A DNA stretch of 64,000 nt from Deferribacterales bacterium Deferri_01. Its GTDB lineage: Bacteria > Chrysiogenota > Deferribacteres > Deferribacterales > Geovibrionaceae. How positions within the stretch are numbered: the stretch's first letter is position 1; every line of letters starts with the position of its first letter. Below the pieces are notes generated by a model. It was not told the DNA's origin and ran no database searches. It was given only the letters and a program-made list of their open reading frames with translations. Location of the stretch: NCBI GenBank assembly GCA_001603805.1, contig LUZY01000013.1, forward strand, positions 348,723 through 412,722, written 5' to 3'. Made by a program: the position numbers and the translations under genes. Positions 19,977 through 29,841 of this stretch are shown here, one piece after another.

Positions 19977-20418
19977 ACACTGCCTTTACAAGCTCATTAA
20001 CCAGCTTGCCGTCTGCCTTGTTTTTTGTTTTTTCCATAACTTTTTTCATTACAGCGCCGAAGTTCTTTTTATCAGTCACATCAACGCCTTCTGCCGCTTC
20101 GGCAACTATAGCCCTAACCTCGTCAGCGCTCATCTGAGCAGGCATATATTTTTCAAGAAACGTAATTTCAAGCTCTTCCTTGTCGGCAAGCTCAGGTCTT
20201 CCCGCATCCCTGTACTGGGTTGCGGCATCCTTACGTTTTTTAACGGCTGATGCAATAACCTTAAGAACGCCTTCATCATCCAGTTCGCCTGCCGGTCTGT
20301 TGTTGATTTCAACATTTTTTATCTCAGAGCGGAGCATACGCACTGTATCAAGGGCTATCTGGTTTTTCTCTCTCATGTATGTTTTCATATCGTCGGTTAT
20401 AATGTCTTTAAGGCTCAT
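19960..20418 (-). CDS. yqeY: GatB/YqeY domain protein
   Basis: 152 aa with the YqeY pattern (LKDDMKTAMREK..., KKRKDAATQYRDAGRPELADKEELEI). Confidence 0.8.
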   Translation of the reverse strand: MSLKDIITDDMKTYMREKNQIALDTVRMLRSEIKNVEINNRPAGELDDEGVLKVIASAVKKRKDAATQYRDAGRPELADKEELEITFLEKYMPAQMSADEVRAIVAEAAEGVDVTDKKNFGAVMKKVMEKTKNKADGKLVNELVKAVFDGNN

Positions 20419-20924
20419 TTTTCGTCTTTCTCCTTTCCTATCACTCTCGCCATCATAAAAAGCATATCGGACAGTCTGTTGACATACTTTCTGACGACCG
20501 GGTCAAAATTAACATATGCGGACAAAGTTATCAATCTTCTTTCATACCTTCTGGAAACAGTTCTGCATATGTCCGCCTTTGAGGCATTAAGATTTTCAGA
20601 AGGAATGATAAAGCCATGCAGCTCGCCTGTGATGGCTTCGTACTCTTTAGTTCTTGTTTCGAGAAAGTCTACTTCCTCCTGCGGGACAAGAAATTTCTCG
20701 CGCCCTTCCCTCGTGGCGGCGTATGAGTTTATACGGAAGATTGTCTTCTGTATCCTCATTATATCATCCGCATGAGCGCTAACCCGAAGACGCAGTTCAC
20801 CGAGATTGGAAACAAGTTCATCTCCGGTTCCCACGAACTCCATAACAGGATCATCTTTATTCACCCTCTCTCCTGTATAAAGGGAGGTCTGTCCCTTGTC
20901 TCCTGTTTTGGTTGTTACGCTCAT
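20415..20924 (-). CDS. ATP:cob(I)alamin adenosyltransferase, PduO/MMAB type
   Basis: N-terminal TKTGDKGQTSLYTGERVNKDD motif typical of the PduO-type adenosyltransferase. 169 aa. Confidence 0.8.
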   Translation of the reverse strand: MSVTTKTGDKGQTSLYTGERVNKDDPVMEFVGTGDELVSNLGELRLRVSAHADDIMRIQKTIFRINSYAATREGREKFLVPQEEVDFLETRTKEYEAITGELHGFIIPSENLNASKADICRTVSRRYERRLITLSAYVNFDPVVRKYVNRLSDMLFMMARVIGKEKDEK

Positions 20925-20933
20925 ATAGGACTC

Positions 20934-21896
20934 CTATGTGCTTAAATCTTCCGCCATTTTCAGCAGGTTGGCATCAAATTCCTTCTTTCTGCCTATCACC
21001 TCTGACAGCGGAATAAGATCTATCTCTCTTCCGGTCAGGGCTGTCATCATGGATGTTTTGCCGTTCATAAGCCCTTTAACCGCTGCATCCCCCATTCTGG
21101 TAGCAAGTATACGGTCAAAGTAAGTCGGACTGCCGCCCCTTTGTATGTGCCCCAGAACAGTTATGCGGGTTTCAAAGCCCCCCATAAGCTCCAAAGTTTT
21201 ACCGAAGTCATAGGCAGAACCCACACCCTCTGCTAAAATTATCACGCTTCTGGTCTTGCCTTCATCATAGCGTTTTCTGATTTTAGCGATTATATTTTCC
21301 AAATGAAACGGAACTTCAGGAATAAGCGCAGTTTCCGCTCCGCCGGCTATGGCGGACATAACAGCAAGATAGCCGCAGTGCCTTCCCATAACCTCAATTA
21401 TGAAAGTTCTATCATGCGAGCTTGCCGTATCATTTATGGTATCTATGGCATGGACTATGGTATTCAGAGCCGTGTCAACACCTATAGAAGTATTTGTGCC
21501 GTAGATATCGTTATCTATCGAACCGGGAAGCCCGATAACTTTGATACCGTAATTTTCAGCAAGGATCTTTGCTCCGGTCAGTGAGCCGTCGCCGCCTATA
21601 ACCACTAGCCCTTCTACGCCGTTTTTCTCAAGGTTGCTGACTGCGAGCTTTTGTCCGCTCTCTGTCTTAAACTCCATGCAGCGGGCACTGCGGAGGAATG
21701 TTCCGCCACGGTAAACCATATTGGAGACATCCTTGCTGGAGAGCAGGCGCATCTTGTTTTCGATCATGCCTTTGTAGCCCTGCTCTATCCCGAAAACCTC
21801 GATACCGTTTGCAAGTCCTGTTCTCACCACGCTTCTGATGGCGGCGTTCATACCGGGGCTGTCGCCCCCGCTGGTCATAACGGCAATTTTTTTCAT
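20934..21896 (-). CDS. pfkA: ATP-dependent 6-phosphofructokinase
   Basis: MKKIAVMTSGGDSPGMNAAIR, GGDGS and MGR motifs. The start was refined to the internal ATG (MKKIAV), which has an AGGA-containing upstream sequence. Confidence 0.9.
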   Translation of the reverse strand: MKKIAVMTSGGDSPGMNAAIRSVVRTGLANGIEVFGIEQGYKGMIENKMRLLSSKDVSNMVYRGGTFLRSARCMEFKTESGQKLAVSNLEKNGVEGLVVIGGDGSLTGAKILAENYGIKVIGLPGSIDNDIYGTNTSIGVDTALNTIVHAIDTINDTASSHDRTFIIEVMGRHCGYLAVMSAIAGGAETALIPEVPFHLENIIAKIRKRYDEGKTRSVIILAEGVGSAYDFGKTLELMGGFETRITVLGHIQRGGSPTYFDRILATRMGDAAVKGLMNGKTSMMTALTGREIDLIPLSEVIGRKKEFDANLLKMAEDLST

Positions 21897-21906
21897 AGCT
21901 ATCCTG

Positions 21907-22581
21907 TTACCTCTTTTTGTAGGGGATCGGGTCGGAATAACCCGCCTGTTCAAATCCTCTTAAACGAAGAAGGCAGCTGTCGCACTCACCACAAGCCTCA
22001 TCTTCGCTTTTATAGCAAGACCATGACAGTTCAAGGGGTGCTTTCAGCTCTTTACCTAATTTAACTATATCCGATTTTTTCAGGGAAATGAGCGGAGTTT
22101 CAATTTTTATTTTAGTTTCCGGTTTGGTTCCTGCATCAACTGCCGCTTCAAAGGCATCATAAAACACTCTGCGGCAGTCAGGGTATCCGCTGCCGTCCTC
22201 TTCCACAGCGCCAATGAAAATCGCCGAAGCTTCAAGAACTTCTGCCCAGCTTGCAGCAATTGAAAGAATGTTTGCATTTCGGAAGGGAACATATGTTTTA
22301 GGTATTCCCTGCCTTTCAAGCTCGCCTTCCTCAACTTCGATTGCTTCATCCGTAAGGGACGAACCGCCGATCTCTTTCAGATAGCTGATATCCACAACAA
22401 GTTTTCTTTTTATTCCGTAAAAACGGCAGAGATCCTCAAATGCCTTGTATTCTCTGTTTTCTGTTCTCTGCCCGTAGTTTACATGGAGAAAGCAAGGCTC
22501 GTAATTCTGAGCGGCGATAGCCGCTGTAACGCAGCTGTCCATACCGCCACTTACGAGAACAATGGCTTTTTTCTTAGACAT
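21907..22581 (-). CDS. queC: 7-cyano-7-deazaguanine synthase QueC
   Basis: PP-loop [11 protein letters not shown] and a C-terminal Zn-binding CxxC...CxxC cluster (CGECDSC). ATG start (MSKKK) with an AGGAAG ribosome-binding site. The track ORF begins at a GTG 3 codons upstream. Confidence 0.9.
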   Translation of the reverse strand: MSKKKAIVLVSGGMDSCVTAAIAAQNYEPCFLHVNYGQRTENREYKAFEDLCRFYGIKRKLVVDISYLKEIGGSSLTDEAIEVEEGELERQGIPKTYVPFRNANILSIAASWAEVLEASAIFIGAVEEDGSGYPDCRRVFYDAFEAAVDAGTKPETKIKIETPLISLKKSDIVKLGKELKAPLELSWSCYKSEDEACGECDSCLLRLRGFEQAGYSDPIPYKKR

Positions 22582-22593
22582 ATTAAGCACTTC

Positions 22594-24681
22594 CTATTTT
22601 GATTTAAGGGTATATACCCCATCCCAATCTTCTTCAGGAGGGTTCTCAAGGAAATCAGCGCATCTTTCAGCGAAAATTCCCGAAGGTCCGTCAGAAAATT
22701 TTTCCGCTAAATCACGGAAAACCGCAAGTGCTTCATTGAAATTCATGTTGAAGTATTTATCAAGGGCTTTTTCAAAAAGCTCCTTGATCTCTCTGTTTTC
22801 GGGTGTGTCTGTCATTGGCTCGAATATTTCCACAGGCTTGTGTTTGCCTTTTACACGCACTTTATCCAAAAGACGGCAGAGAACAGGAATAGTGAGTCTG
22901 TTCATTGTAAACTCACTGATCACTATTCTTGTTTTGTACTGTTTGCAGAGCCCCTCAAGGCGGGAGGCAAGGTTAACGCTGTCGCCTATGGCAGTGTACT
23001 CAAAACGCACCTTTGAACCCATGTTCCCCACAACAACTGTTCCGGTGTTTACTCCCACACCTATGTCAACAACAGGAATACCCTCTTTTGCGAACTCAGC
23101 ATTAACCGCTTTAAGAGTTTCAAGCAGCTCAAGGGCGCTTTTTACAGCCTTGTCGGGATGATCAGGAACATCAACAGGTGTATTGAAAACAGCCATCATC
23201 GCATCGCCTATATATTTATCCAGCATGCCTCTGTTTTTGAGAATAACGTTTGTCATCGGGTCAAGAAGTCTGTTCAACATTGAAACAAGGGCGGTAGGAG
23301 TCAGGCTTTCAGACAGGGTGGTGAATCCCCTTATATCAGAAAACAGGATAGTCAGATCCCTTTCCTGTCCGCCAAGCTCAAGACCATCGGGATTATTGAG
23401 AATTTCCTCCACAAGTTCCGGTGAAACATATGAGCCGAAAGCTTTTTTAACTTCAAGAGCGTGGATCTCTGTTTTAAAGAAGGCGGCAGCTTCTGTCCCC
23501 ACAATCATCAAGACTGCAGGGAAAAGAGCGTAAAACTCACGCAGCCAGATATTTCCGTATATGAAAAAAACATATGAAACGCAGACAACAGCCATGAGAG
23601 CGAAGATGTAAAGCAACCACCGCAAATACTGCTTTCCTATGAGGCTTAAAGCGGCAATGATAAGCAGCACAGGAATAATAAGCATATAGTCCCAAGCTTT
23701 ATTCCATTTAATGAGGTGCCCCTCAAGGAGATTGCTTATTGCAGTGTAATGCAGCGAAACACCGGGAGTAATGGGGCTTATGGGAGTGGGACGCATGTCG
23801 TAAACCCCTGTCTCCGTAACACCGACCACGACTATTTTATTTTCAAAAAACTCTGGCGCAACCGCACCGGAATATACATCATACGCAGAAATATATTTAA
23901 CATCGTCATAGAAATTCAGCTTAAAATAACTCTGCTTGTTGAATACGATATTCCCCAGAGCGAATTTTCTCACCCCGTTTTTATCAAGTTCAAGCTCCAC
24001 ATCCTGATTGAGATAGTACCGCAGAGCCTGAATTCCCAGCGGAGAAAACAGATAACCTTTATGGATGTATGTTATGGGATAGCGCCTGTAAAGTCCGTCT
24101 ACGTCTGCCTCTGTGTTGAAATAGGCGCATGTCAGCCCGCTGTGGGCTATTTCATCAATATTGACTTCAGCAAAGGGAAATTCCTTAACCCCTGTGGTGT
24201 TATCAAGCATTTTAAAGGAGAGATAAGCGCAATCCTCAAGGGCATCAATGGTGTCCTCAGTTGTTTCCTGCGTTGCATTGTCCCTCATGAAGAAGCCGAG
24301 AATAATGTTGTCGGAATCGAGTATTTTTTCTGCCAGATAATCGTCACGTTCCGGCTCTGTATGCTCAGAAAAAACAATATCCAGAGTTACTATTCCCGCA
24401 TTGCGGAGATTGAAGAACATATCTCCGATAACATCTCTGCGCCATGGCCATCTTCCCAGCTTGTTTACGCTGTATTCATCCACGGTAACTATGACCATAT
24501 CCTGATAAGGTTTAGGAGTTTTACCTATAAGAGAGCGGAAATGAAACTTGCCGTCTTCTATTCCCAAAGCGAATTTATCGATAAAAGAAGGCTGAAAGTG
24601 GAAAAGAACTGTGGCAAATATAAGAAAACCGGCAAGAAGCCCGAATTTATAATTCTTTAAAAAAGAGGGTATAAACTTCAT
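22594..24681 (-). CDS. CHASE2 sensor domain-containing class III adenylate/guanylate cyclase
   Basis: N-terminal TM, a periplasmic CHASE2-like region and three further TM helices, then a cyclase domain (LTILFSDIRGFTTLSE...GDAMMAVF...GVNTGTVVVGNMGS). Confidence 0.85.
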   Translation of the reverse strand: MKFIPSFLKNYKFGLLAGFLIFATVLFHFQPSFIDKFALGIEDGKFHFRSLIGKTPKPYQDMVIVTVDEYSVNKLGRWPWRRDVIGDMFFNLRNAGIVTLDIVFSEHTEPERDDYLAEKILDSDNIILGFFMRDNATQETTEDTIDALEDCAYLSFKMLDNTTGVKEFPFAEVNIDEIAHSGLTCAYFNTEADVDGLYRRYPITYIHKGYLFSPLGIQALRYYLNQDVELELDKNGVRKFALGNIVFNKQSYFKLNFYDDVKYISAYDVYSGAVAPEFFENKIVVVGVTETGVYDMRPTPISPITPGVSLHYTAISNLLEGHLIKWNKAWDYMLIIPVLLIIAALSLIGKQYLRWLLYIFALMAVVCVSYVFFIYGNIWLREFYALFPAVLMIVGTEAAAFFKTEIHALEVKKAFGSYVSPELVEEILNNPDGLELGGQERDLTILFSDIRGFTTLSESLTPTALVSMLNRLLDPMTNVILKNRGMLDKYIGDAMMAVFNTPVDVPDHPDKAVKSALELLETLKAVNAEFAKEGIPVVDIGVGVNTGTVVVGNMGSKVRFEYTAIGDSVNLASRLEGLCKQYKTRIVISEFTMNRLTIPVLCRLLDKVRVKGKHKPVEIFEPMTDTPENREIKELFEKALDKYFNMNFNEALAVFRDLAEKFSDGPSGIFAERCADFLENPPEEDWDGVYTLKSK

Positions 24682-24703
24682 AAGCTCCAGCCGGTTTCAG
24701 AAT

Positions 24704-25807
24704 TTATTGAGGAGATACAATTATTTCATAATCAGAGAATTTTTCTACCTTAAACCCTGATCTTCCGTTAAGAGACGTAGCAAGATAAAGAGTTTTTTCA
24801 GGATATGTCACCACAAGGGAATCCACACCCTGATCTTTGACCTCAAGAACCCAGCTTGTGTAAGTCAGCATCTGTTTAAGCTGCATAAGCCTGTCCATAT
24901 CCGTTTTGCCCATGAGACGCACAGTCACCATTCTGCTGTTTGCTCCCTGCATTTTTTCCATCACGATTCCCACAAGGGTCGCAGAAACAGAATCACGCAG
25001 GTTTTCGGTCATTCTGAATGTGGCGTCTTCTATTGTGGAGCCCTGCCCTCTCACCGGAATATATCCGCTGGCGAGGATCACACGGTTTCCATATTTTTCA
25101 GTTATAAGCCTGTAGGTAAGTCTGCCTGTGACCACATTGAAAGGCAGTGAAACGCCATAGCCTATATCTGCTCCCTGCTGGGCTGTGGCAGTGGTTTCAA
25201 CTTTGCCGATGAGGATTGTGTTTGAAAGATTTTTAAACGCAGCATTGCGCAGAGCAAGGTAGTCATTGGACTTCATTGCCTTTTCAAGCTCTTTTACACC
25301 AAAGCCGTTTCCGCCCGCCATATCCACAACTTCCATATTACGTGAAGTAAGTTCATTTATAACATTCTCTGAAAGTGCGCTGGATTCCTCAACTTTTCCG
25401 TTAGGAAACACTACAGGCAGCATCACAGAAATAGTTGTGTTTTTAGAAACAATGCCCACTGCACTTTCGGCTTTTGTTTTCTCAACAGTGGCAGAAATCT
25501 GAACCCTGTAGATAGAGTCATCCTTCTCCTCTCCTGTCACATTAAAGCTTTTGATAACGCCCTGAACCTCTGTTTTGATAGCCTCATCCACAAGGACAGC
25601 ATTTTGCAGTATAGTATCAGACTTTACTTTGACTCCTGCTGCTTCCTCAAGAGCTGCCCATTTTGCTCTGGCAATGGCGATTGTTCTTGCGGAGGCGGTA
25701 TCACCGCCCATTATATCAGCTTCGCCAACAGCACTTACCTTTACAGGCTGGGCATAAACAGCCGTACACATAAAAGCTGAAATAAGCAGAATAATCAGTT
25801 TTTTCAT
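24704..25807 (-). CDS. Secreted protein with an N-terminal LPP20/FlgP-like domain
   Basis: Signal peptide MKKLIILLISAFMCTAVYA. The LPP20/FlgP-type pattern is VSAVGEADIMGGDTASARTIAIARAKWAALEEAAGVKV. 367 aa, 22-bp gap to the cyclase gene. Confidence 0.5.
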   Translation of the reverse strand: MKKLIILLISAFMCTAVYAQPVKVSAVGEADIMGGDTASARTIAIARAKWAALEEAAGVKVKSDTILQNAVLVDEAIKTEVQGVIKSFNVTGEEKDDSIYRVQISATVEKTKAESAVGIVSKNTTISVMLPVVFPNGKVEESSALSENVINELTSRNMEVVDMAGGNGFGVKELEKAMKSNDYLALRNAAFKNLSNTILIGKVETTATAQQGADIGYGVSLPFNVVTGRLTYRLITEKYGNRVILASGYIPVRGQGSTIEDATFRMTENLRDSVSATLVGIVMEKMQGANSRMVTVRLMGKTDMDRLMQLKQMLTYTSWVLEVKDQGVDSLVVTYPEKTLYLATSLNGRSGFKVEKFSDYEIIVSPQ

Positions 25808-25827
25808 AGAAACCTCGTTAAATCAGT

Positions 25828-26553
25828 TTATTTAAGAAACGTAAATACAATTTTAACATCCGCATCTGACCCAAGGAGTTTTTTAAGCTCTTCCGATGCG
25901 GTTTTACCAAGATAAACATCTGTATAGGAAACTACTCTCTCCGCATTCAGAGACAGAGGCTTTCGCCTGCCTTCCTGAAAAAGCATGGTGACAGCATCCG
26001 GCAGATCTGCAACATAAACCGGGTGGGAAAATGTTCTGTTCCAAAGCTCATTACCGTCAGCAGAATAAAGTCTGTTTCCCAAAGCCGGAACAAAGCTTCC
26101 TATTGCTGTATTAATTATAACAGAATCATACTCTGCGAAGCTTCCGTTATCATAAGCCTCCGGCGCGGACAAGGTTCTTCCTGCCAGAACATCAAGAGGA
26201 TCAATCCTTCCTGATAGACAATAATAACCTTTTTTACTTTCTTTGTCGTATATTCCTTTGCCTTTACAGGAAGAAAGAGAGGAAAGAAGCTCTCTGAAAA
26301 CCTGCTCGGATTCATTATCAAATAATGCTGTATCTTCAAGGGTTCTAACTCCGCTTACGGGGAGATCGGATAAAACAGCATGAGCCTTTTCTTCTGCCTC
26401 GATCCTTGCCCTTGTGAGGGCATCGCCCATCTGCAATCCTTCTGCGGATTCGCCTATAACAGTTATTTTTCCGCTGTTGAGAATGTCAATATAGCTCAAT
26501 GTCTCCTGCGGGAAAAAGCTGTCAGCTCCGTAAGAACAGACAGAAAGCGCCAT
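25828..26553 (-). CDS. Hypothetical protein with an LPP20/FlgP-like segment. The N-terminus is uncertain.
   Basis: VIGESAEGLQMGDALTRARIEAEEKAHAVL resembles the LPP20 family. There is no clear signal peptide from the annotated ATG. The in-frame upstream stretch ...IRPKLTVLFFLMALSVC looks signal-like but contains no canonical start codon. Confidence 0.4.
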   Translation of the reverse strand: MALSVCSYGADSFFPQETLSYIDILNSGKITVIGESAEGLQMGDALTRARIEAEEKAHAVLSDLPVSGVRTLEDTALFDNESEQVFRELLSSLSSCKGKGIYDKESKKGYYCLSGRIDPLDVLAGRTLSAPEAYDNGSFAEYDSVIINTAIGSFVPALGNRLYSADGNELWNRTFSHPVYVADLPDAVTMLFQEGRRKPLSLNAERVVSYTDVYLGKTASEELKKLLGSDADVKIVFTFLK

Positions 26554-26749
26554 AAGAAAAAAGAGAACCGTAAGCTTAGGTCGTATAGCAGATCTCCTCA
26601 GGATGTTTTATTGATTTTAGCTTTGATAAAAGGACTTAACAAGGTAAAAAACACATAAAAAAGAACGAAAGGAGGGTTGAGGTTTTTAAGGTGGTATGCG
26701 GGAATAAACGCATCCGGCAAATTAAATAATTTACCGGATGCAAAAAAGA

Positions 26750-27952
26750 TTAAAACATTTTCTTAAACATGCTCTGTCCTTCAAGCTTCTGACGCTTGAT
26801 GATAGAGCCGTTTTTAACTCTTGAAACGGCTGCCGGGTCGCCGTCAATTTTTGCCCAGGCCTGATCCTGAGCTATCTGATCAGAAATTGTCAGTTCTACA
26901 GGTATCTTAGCCATATTGCATGATTTCTGCCCTGAAAAAGGATCAGCAATCTCGATAAACTCATAAACTTCAAGTTTTTCACCTGAGTTCACACCAGCAT
27001 CGCTTCCCATATTCACAAGAGCCAGTGCCTTGTTGCCTCTGAGCTGTTTGATATATCCTTTGGGAGAAAATCTCTGAGAGAGAGTCGGCTTAACATCGTC
27101 AATGGCTTCGCCCATGGCTTTTTTAGCTGCTTCGGCTATGAGTTCAGGGTTAAGCCCCTGTCCGCCGCCTGCAACTTCACGTCCTTTGACTTTGTTATTA
27201 ACGATAACCTGACCTGTCTCAACATCGATCATTTTCACTGTCATCTCGACATTGACTATCCAGCCGGACTGTGTGTTGGCAGCAGCTTTTCCAACAGCAA
27301 GGGCAAGGTTAAACCATGCGTTTCCGGTATCGGATGTTTTATTATTGTTAGGCGGAACGTACTTAGCGCTGATGCTGTCAACGGTGCCTGCGAAAACATA
27401 CTGAACACCGGCGAGTTTACCTGCACGCACCGCAGTATTCGGGTCAGCTATCGCCATCTGAAACTTTTGTTCGCTGAGTATGCTTTCAAGACTTGAGCGG
27501 TCAAATATACTCATACCGCCAATGTTAGCCACAATATTTTCAGTAGCAGACTGGGCATATTCGCCTATTTTGGGAGCAACTTCCCTCATGTAGGTATCAA
27601 CCTGACCTGAAGATGTTACATCAGTTTTTGAAGCGCCTACATGCCCAACACCCACTGCTCCGGGAGCTACCACAACTCCGGCAACGCCTGCGCTTGTGCG
27701 TTTGGTCGTTGATTTGCCGGCAAAGCTGGTATTTGATGCTGACATTTTTCCGTATGATGTGTTATTGACGAACTGAGCAACAGCAACTCTGGGAACGTCG
27801 AATTTGTAAAAAGATTTGCATACTTCGGGGATAACCACCATCTCAGCATCCGCAGATGTTACCTGAGACGCCATAGGATCAACTTTGGGTCCCCCTCCTG
27901 TGCATCCTGCGATCGCAGCAACCGCAAGAGCAGTTAAAAATAACTTTCTCAT
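26750..27952 (-). CDS. CsgG-family outer-membrane lipoprotein (curli-secretion-channel-like)
   Basis: Lipobox AIAGC. CsgG-like motifs PRVAVAQFVNNTSYG and DRSSLESILSEQKFQ. The start was taken at the ATG preceded by a GAGGTG ribosome-binding site. The track ORF begins two codons earlier at a GTG. Confidence 0.7.
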   Translation of the reverse strand: MRKLFLTALAVAAIAGCTGGGPKVDPMASQVTSADAEMVVIPEVCKSFYKFDVPRVAVAQFVNNTSYGKMSASNTSFAGKSTTKRTSAGVAGVVVAPGAVGVGHVGASKTDVTSSGQVDTYMREVAPKIGEYAQSATENIVANIGGMSIFDRSSLESILSEQKFQMAIADPNTAVRAGKLAGVQYVFAGTVDSISAKYVPPNNNKTSDTGNAWFNLALAVGKAAANTQSGWIVNVEMTVKMIDVETGQVIVNNKVKGREVAGGGQGLNPELIAEAAKKAMGEAIDDVKPTLSQRFSPKGYIKQLRGNKALALVNMGSDAGVNSGEKLEVYEFIEIADPFSGQKSCNMAKIPVELTISDQIAQDQAWAKIDGDPAAVSRVKNGSIIKRQKLEGQSMFKKMF

Positions 27953-28030
27953 CACCACACCTCAATTGAGTAATTACAAATCTTAACATATTTATTTTTT
28001 TTTGAGGACTTATAATATTAGGCAAATAAA

Positions 28031-28669
28031 TTATTTTTTGCCGAGAACTGCCATTACTTTCTGAAGATCGTCCCATGCAAATTTTTTCATATTCGGACTG
28101 CGAAGAAGGTAGGCAGGATGGTAAGTCGGCATAACCATTATTCCGTTCATGTCCACAAATTCACCCCTCATTTTGGATATGCTGGTGTTTGTTTTAAGCA
28201 GATACTGGGTTGCCACACTGCCCAGACAAACGATAACCTTTGGTTTAACATATTCGATCTGGCGGTAAAGATATGGGATGCATGCTTCCGCCTCGTCCCT
28301 AAAAGGGGCTCTGTTATCAGGCGGACGGCATTTCACTATATTTGCTATATAAACTTCCTCACGGCTGAACTGCATGGCTTCAATCATTTTGGTGAGCAGC
28401 TTCCCGGCTTTTCCCACAAAAGGCTTGCCCTGCATGTCCTCATCATATCCGGGTCCTTCACCCACAAACATAAGTTCGGCTTTTTCATCACCGTCAGAGA
28501 AAACAGGGTTGGTTCTTCCTCTCGATAATCCGCATTTTTCGCAGGATGCGACCTTTTCGGCAAGAGTTTTCATGTCGTCTATAGTCTCCTGTTTTGCCGG
28601 AACGGCGGGTTTTAGAATGTGGCTGACGCCGTAAACTTCCTCTATGGGATTTTTGCTGAATGAACTCAT
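28031..28669 (-). CDS. udg: Uracil-DNA glycosylase, family 4
   Basis: Fe-S Cys motif CEKCGL and family-4 motifs GEGPGYDEDMQGKPFVGKAGKLL and HPAYLLR. Confidence 0.85.
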   Translation of the reverse strand: MSSFSKNPIEEVYGVSHILKPAVPAKQETIDDMKTLAEKVASCEKCGLSRGRTNPVFSDGDEKAELMFVGEGPGYDEDMQGKPFVGKAGKLLTKMIEAMQFSREEVYIANIVKCRPPDNRAPFRDEAEACIPYLYRQIEYVKPKVIVCLGSVATQYLLKTNTSISKMRGEFVDMNGIMVMPTYHPAYLLRSPNMKKFAWDDLQKVMAVLGKK

Positions 28670-29841
28670 TTCAGAAGCCCCGCAGCACGGATAAGTATCA
28701 GTTCTGCAAGCTTTTTCTTTGAACCTTTGTCAAAATGCTCTGATGAGCCATCGGCAAAGAAAATATCCGCCTCATTATCATCAGAACCGAAACCTATATC
28801 TTTTCTGGAAATATCATTGGCTACAATCATATCCAGTTTTTTTTCATTGAGTTTGCGAATGGCATTTTTATTAAGATTTTCGCTCTCTGCTGCAAAACCG
28901 CAGAAAACCTGCGAATGTTTTTTGAGAGGAGCAATCTCTTTTAAAATATCAGGATTCTTTTTCAGGCGGATAACAAGCTCGCCTTCGCTCTTTTTTATCT
29001 TCTGCAATGCAGCCTCGACAGGTGCATAGTCCGCCACTGCGGCAGCTTTTATAAGGATATCACATGAGCCAACATTTTCTTTCACAGCCTTAAGCATATC
29101 TTCCGCTGATTTAACCCTGACAGTATCAAACCCGGAGCAGTCAGCGCTGATGCTCCCTGCTATAATTTTAACCTCAGCACCGAGTTCACGGGCTTTCAAG
29201 GCAACAGCAAGTCCCATTTTGCCGCTGGAATAGTTGGATATATACCGAACCGGATCAATAGGCTCAACAGTTGCTCCGGCAGTGACCAGAACCCTAAGCC
29301 CCGCAAGAGGACGTTCCCCTTCAATGAGCCTGAAAAGCTCCTCCGGTTCTTTCATCCTGCCTTTGCCGCTTGTTCCGCAGGCAAGCTCTCCGCTGTCAGG
29401 TTCTATAAGAATATTACCCCTTTCGGCTAAAATCCTAAGATTATTCTGTGTGGCAGGGTGGTTAAACATATTGGTATTCATAGCAGGTACAAAATAGGCA
29501 GGCTTAGTGTACACAAGAAGAGTGGACGCAAGAAGATTGTCTGCAATACCTTGTGCAGCTTTTGCGACAGTGTTGGCAGTGGCAGGGGCTATGATAAACT
29601 TATCAGCCCAGCCCGCCAGTTCAATATGCTCGATAATTTCAGGATCCAGCCCCGGGTCAAACTCTCCGGTGTAGGCTCTGTTTCCTGTAACAGACTCAAA
29701 AGTAAGCGGGGTGACAAACTTTGAGGCATTTTCAGTGAGAATCACTTTTACGTCATGCCCCTCTCTCTTAAAAAGCCTGCACAAAGAAGGTATCTTATAA
29801 CAAGCTATGCCTCCGCTTACTCCGATGAGGATGTTAGCCAT
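28666..29841 (-). CDS. coaBC: Bifunctional phosphopantothenoylcysteine decarboxylase / phosphopantothenate-cysteine ligase CoaBC
   Basis: Flavoprotein N-domain (ILIGVSGGIACYK) and a C-terminal CoaB domain (SGKMG...). 391 aa. Confidence 0.9.
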   Translation of the reverse strand: MANILIGVSGGIACYKIPSLCRLFKREGHDVKVILTENASKFVTPLTFESVTGNRAYTGEFDPGLDPEIIEHIELAGWADKFIIAPATANTVAKAAQGIADNLLASTLLVYTKPAYFVPAMNTNMFNHPATQNNLRILAERGNILIEPDSGELACGTSGKGRMKEPEELFRLIEGERPLAGLRVLVTAGATVEPIDPVRYISNYSSGKMGLAVALKARELGAEVKIIAGSISADCSGFDTVRVKSAEDMLKAVKENVGSCDILIKAAAVADYAPVEAALQKIKKSEGELVIRLKKNPDILKEIAPLKKHSQVFCGFAAESENLNKNAIRKLNEKKLDMIVANDISRKDIGFGSDDNEADIFFADGSSEHFDKGSKKKLAELILIRAAGLLK

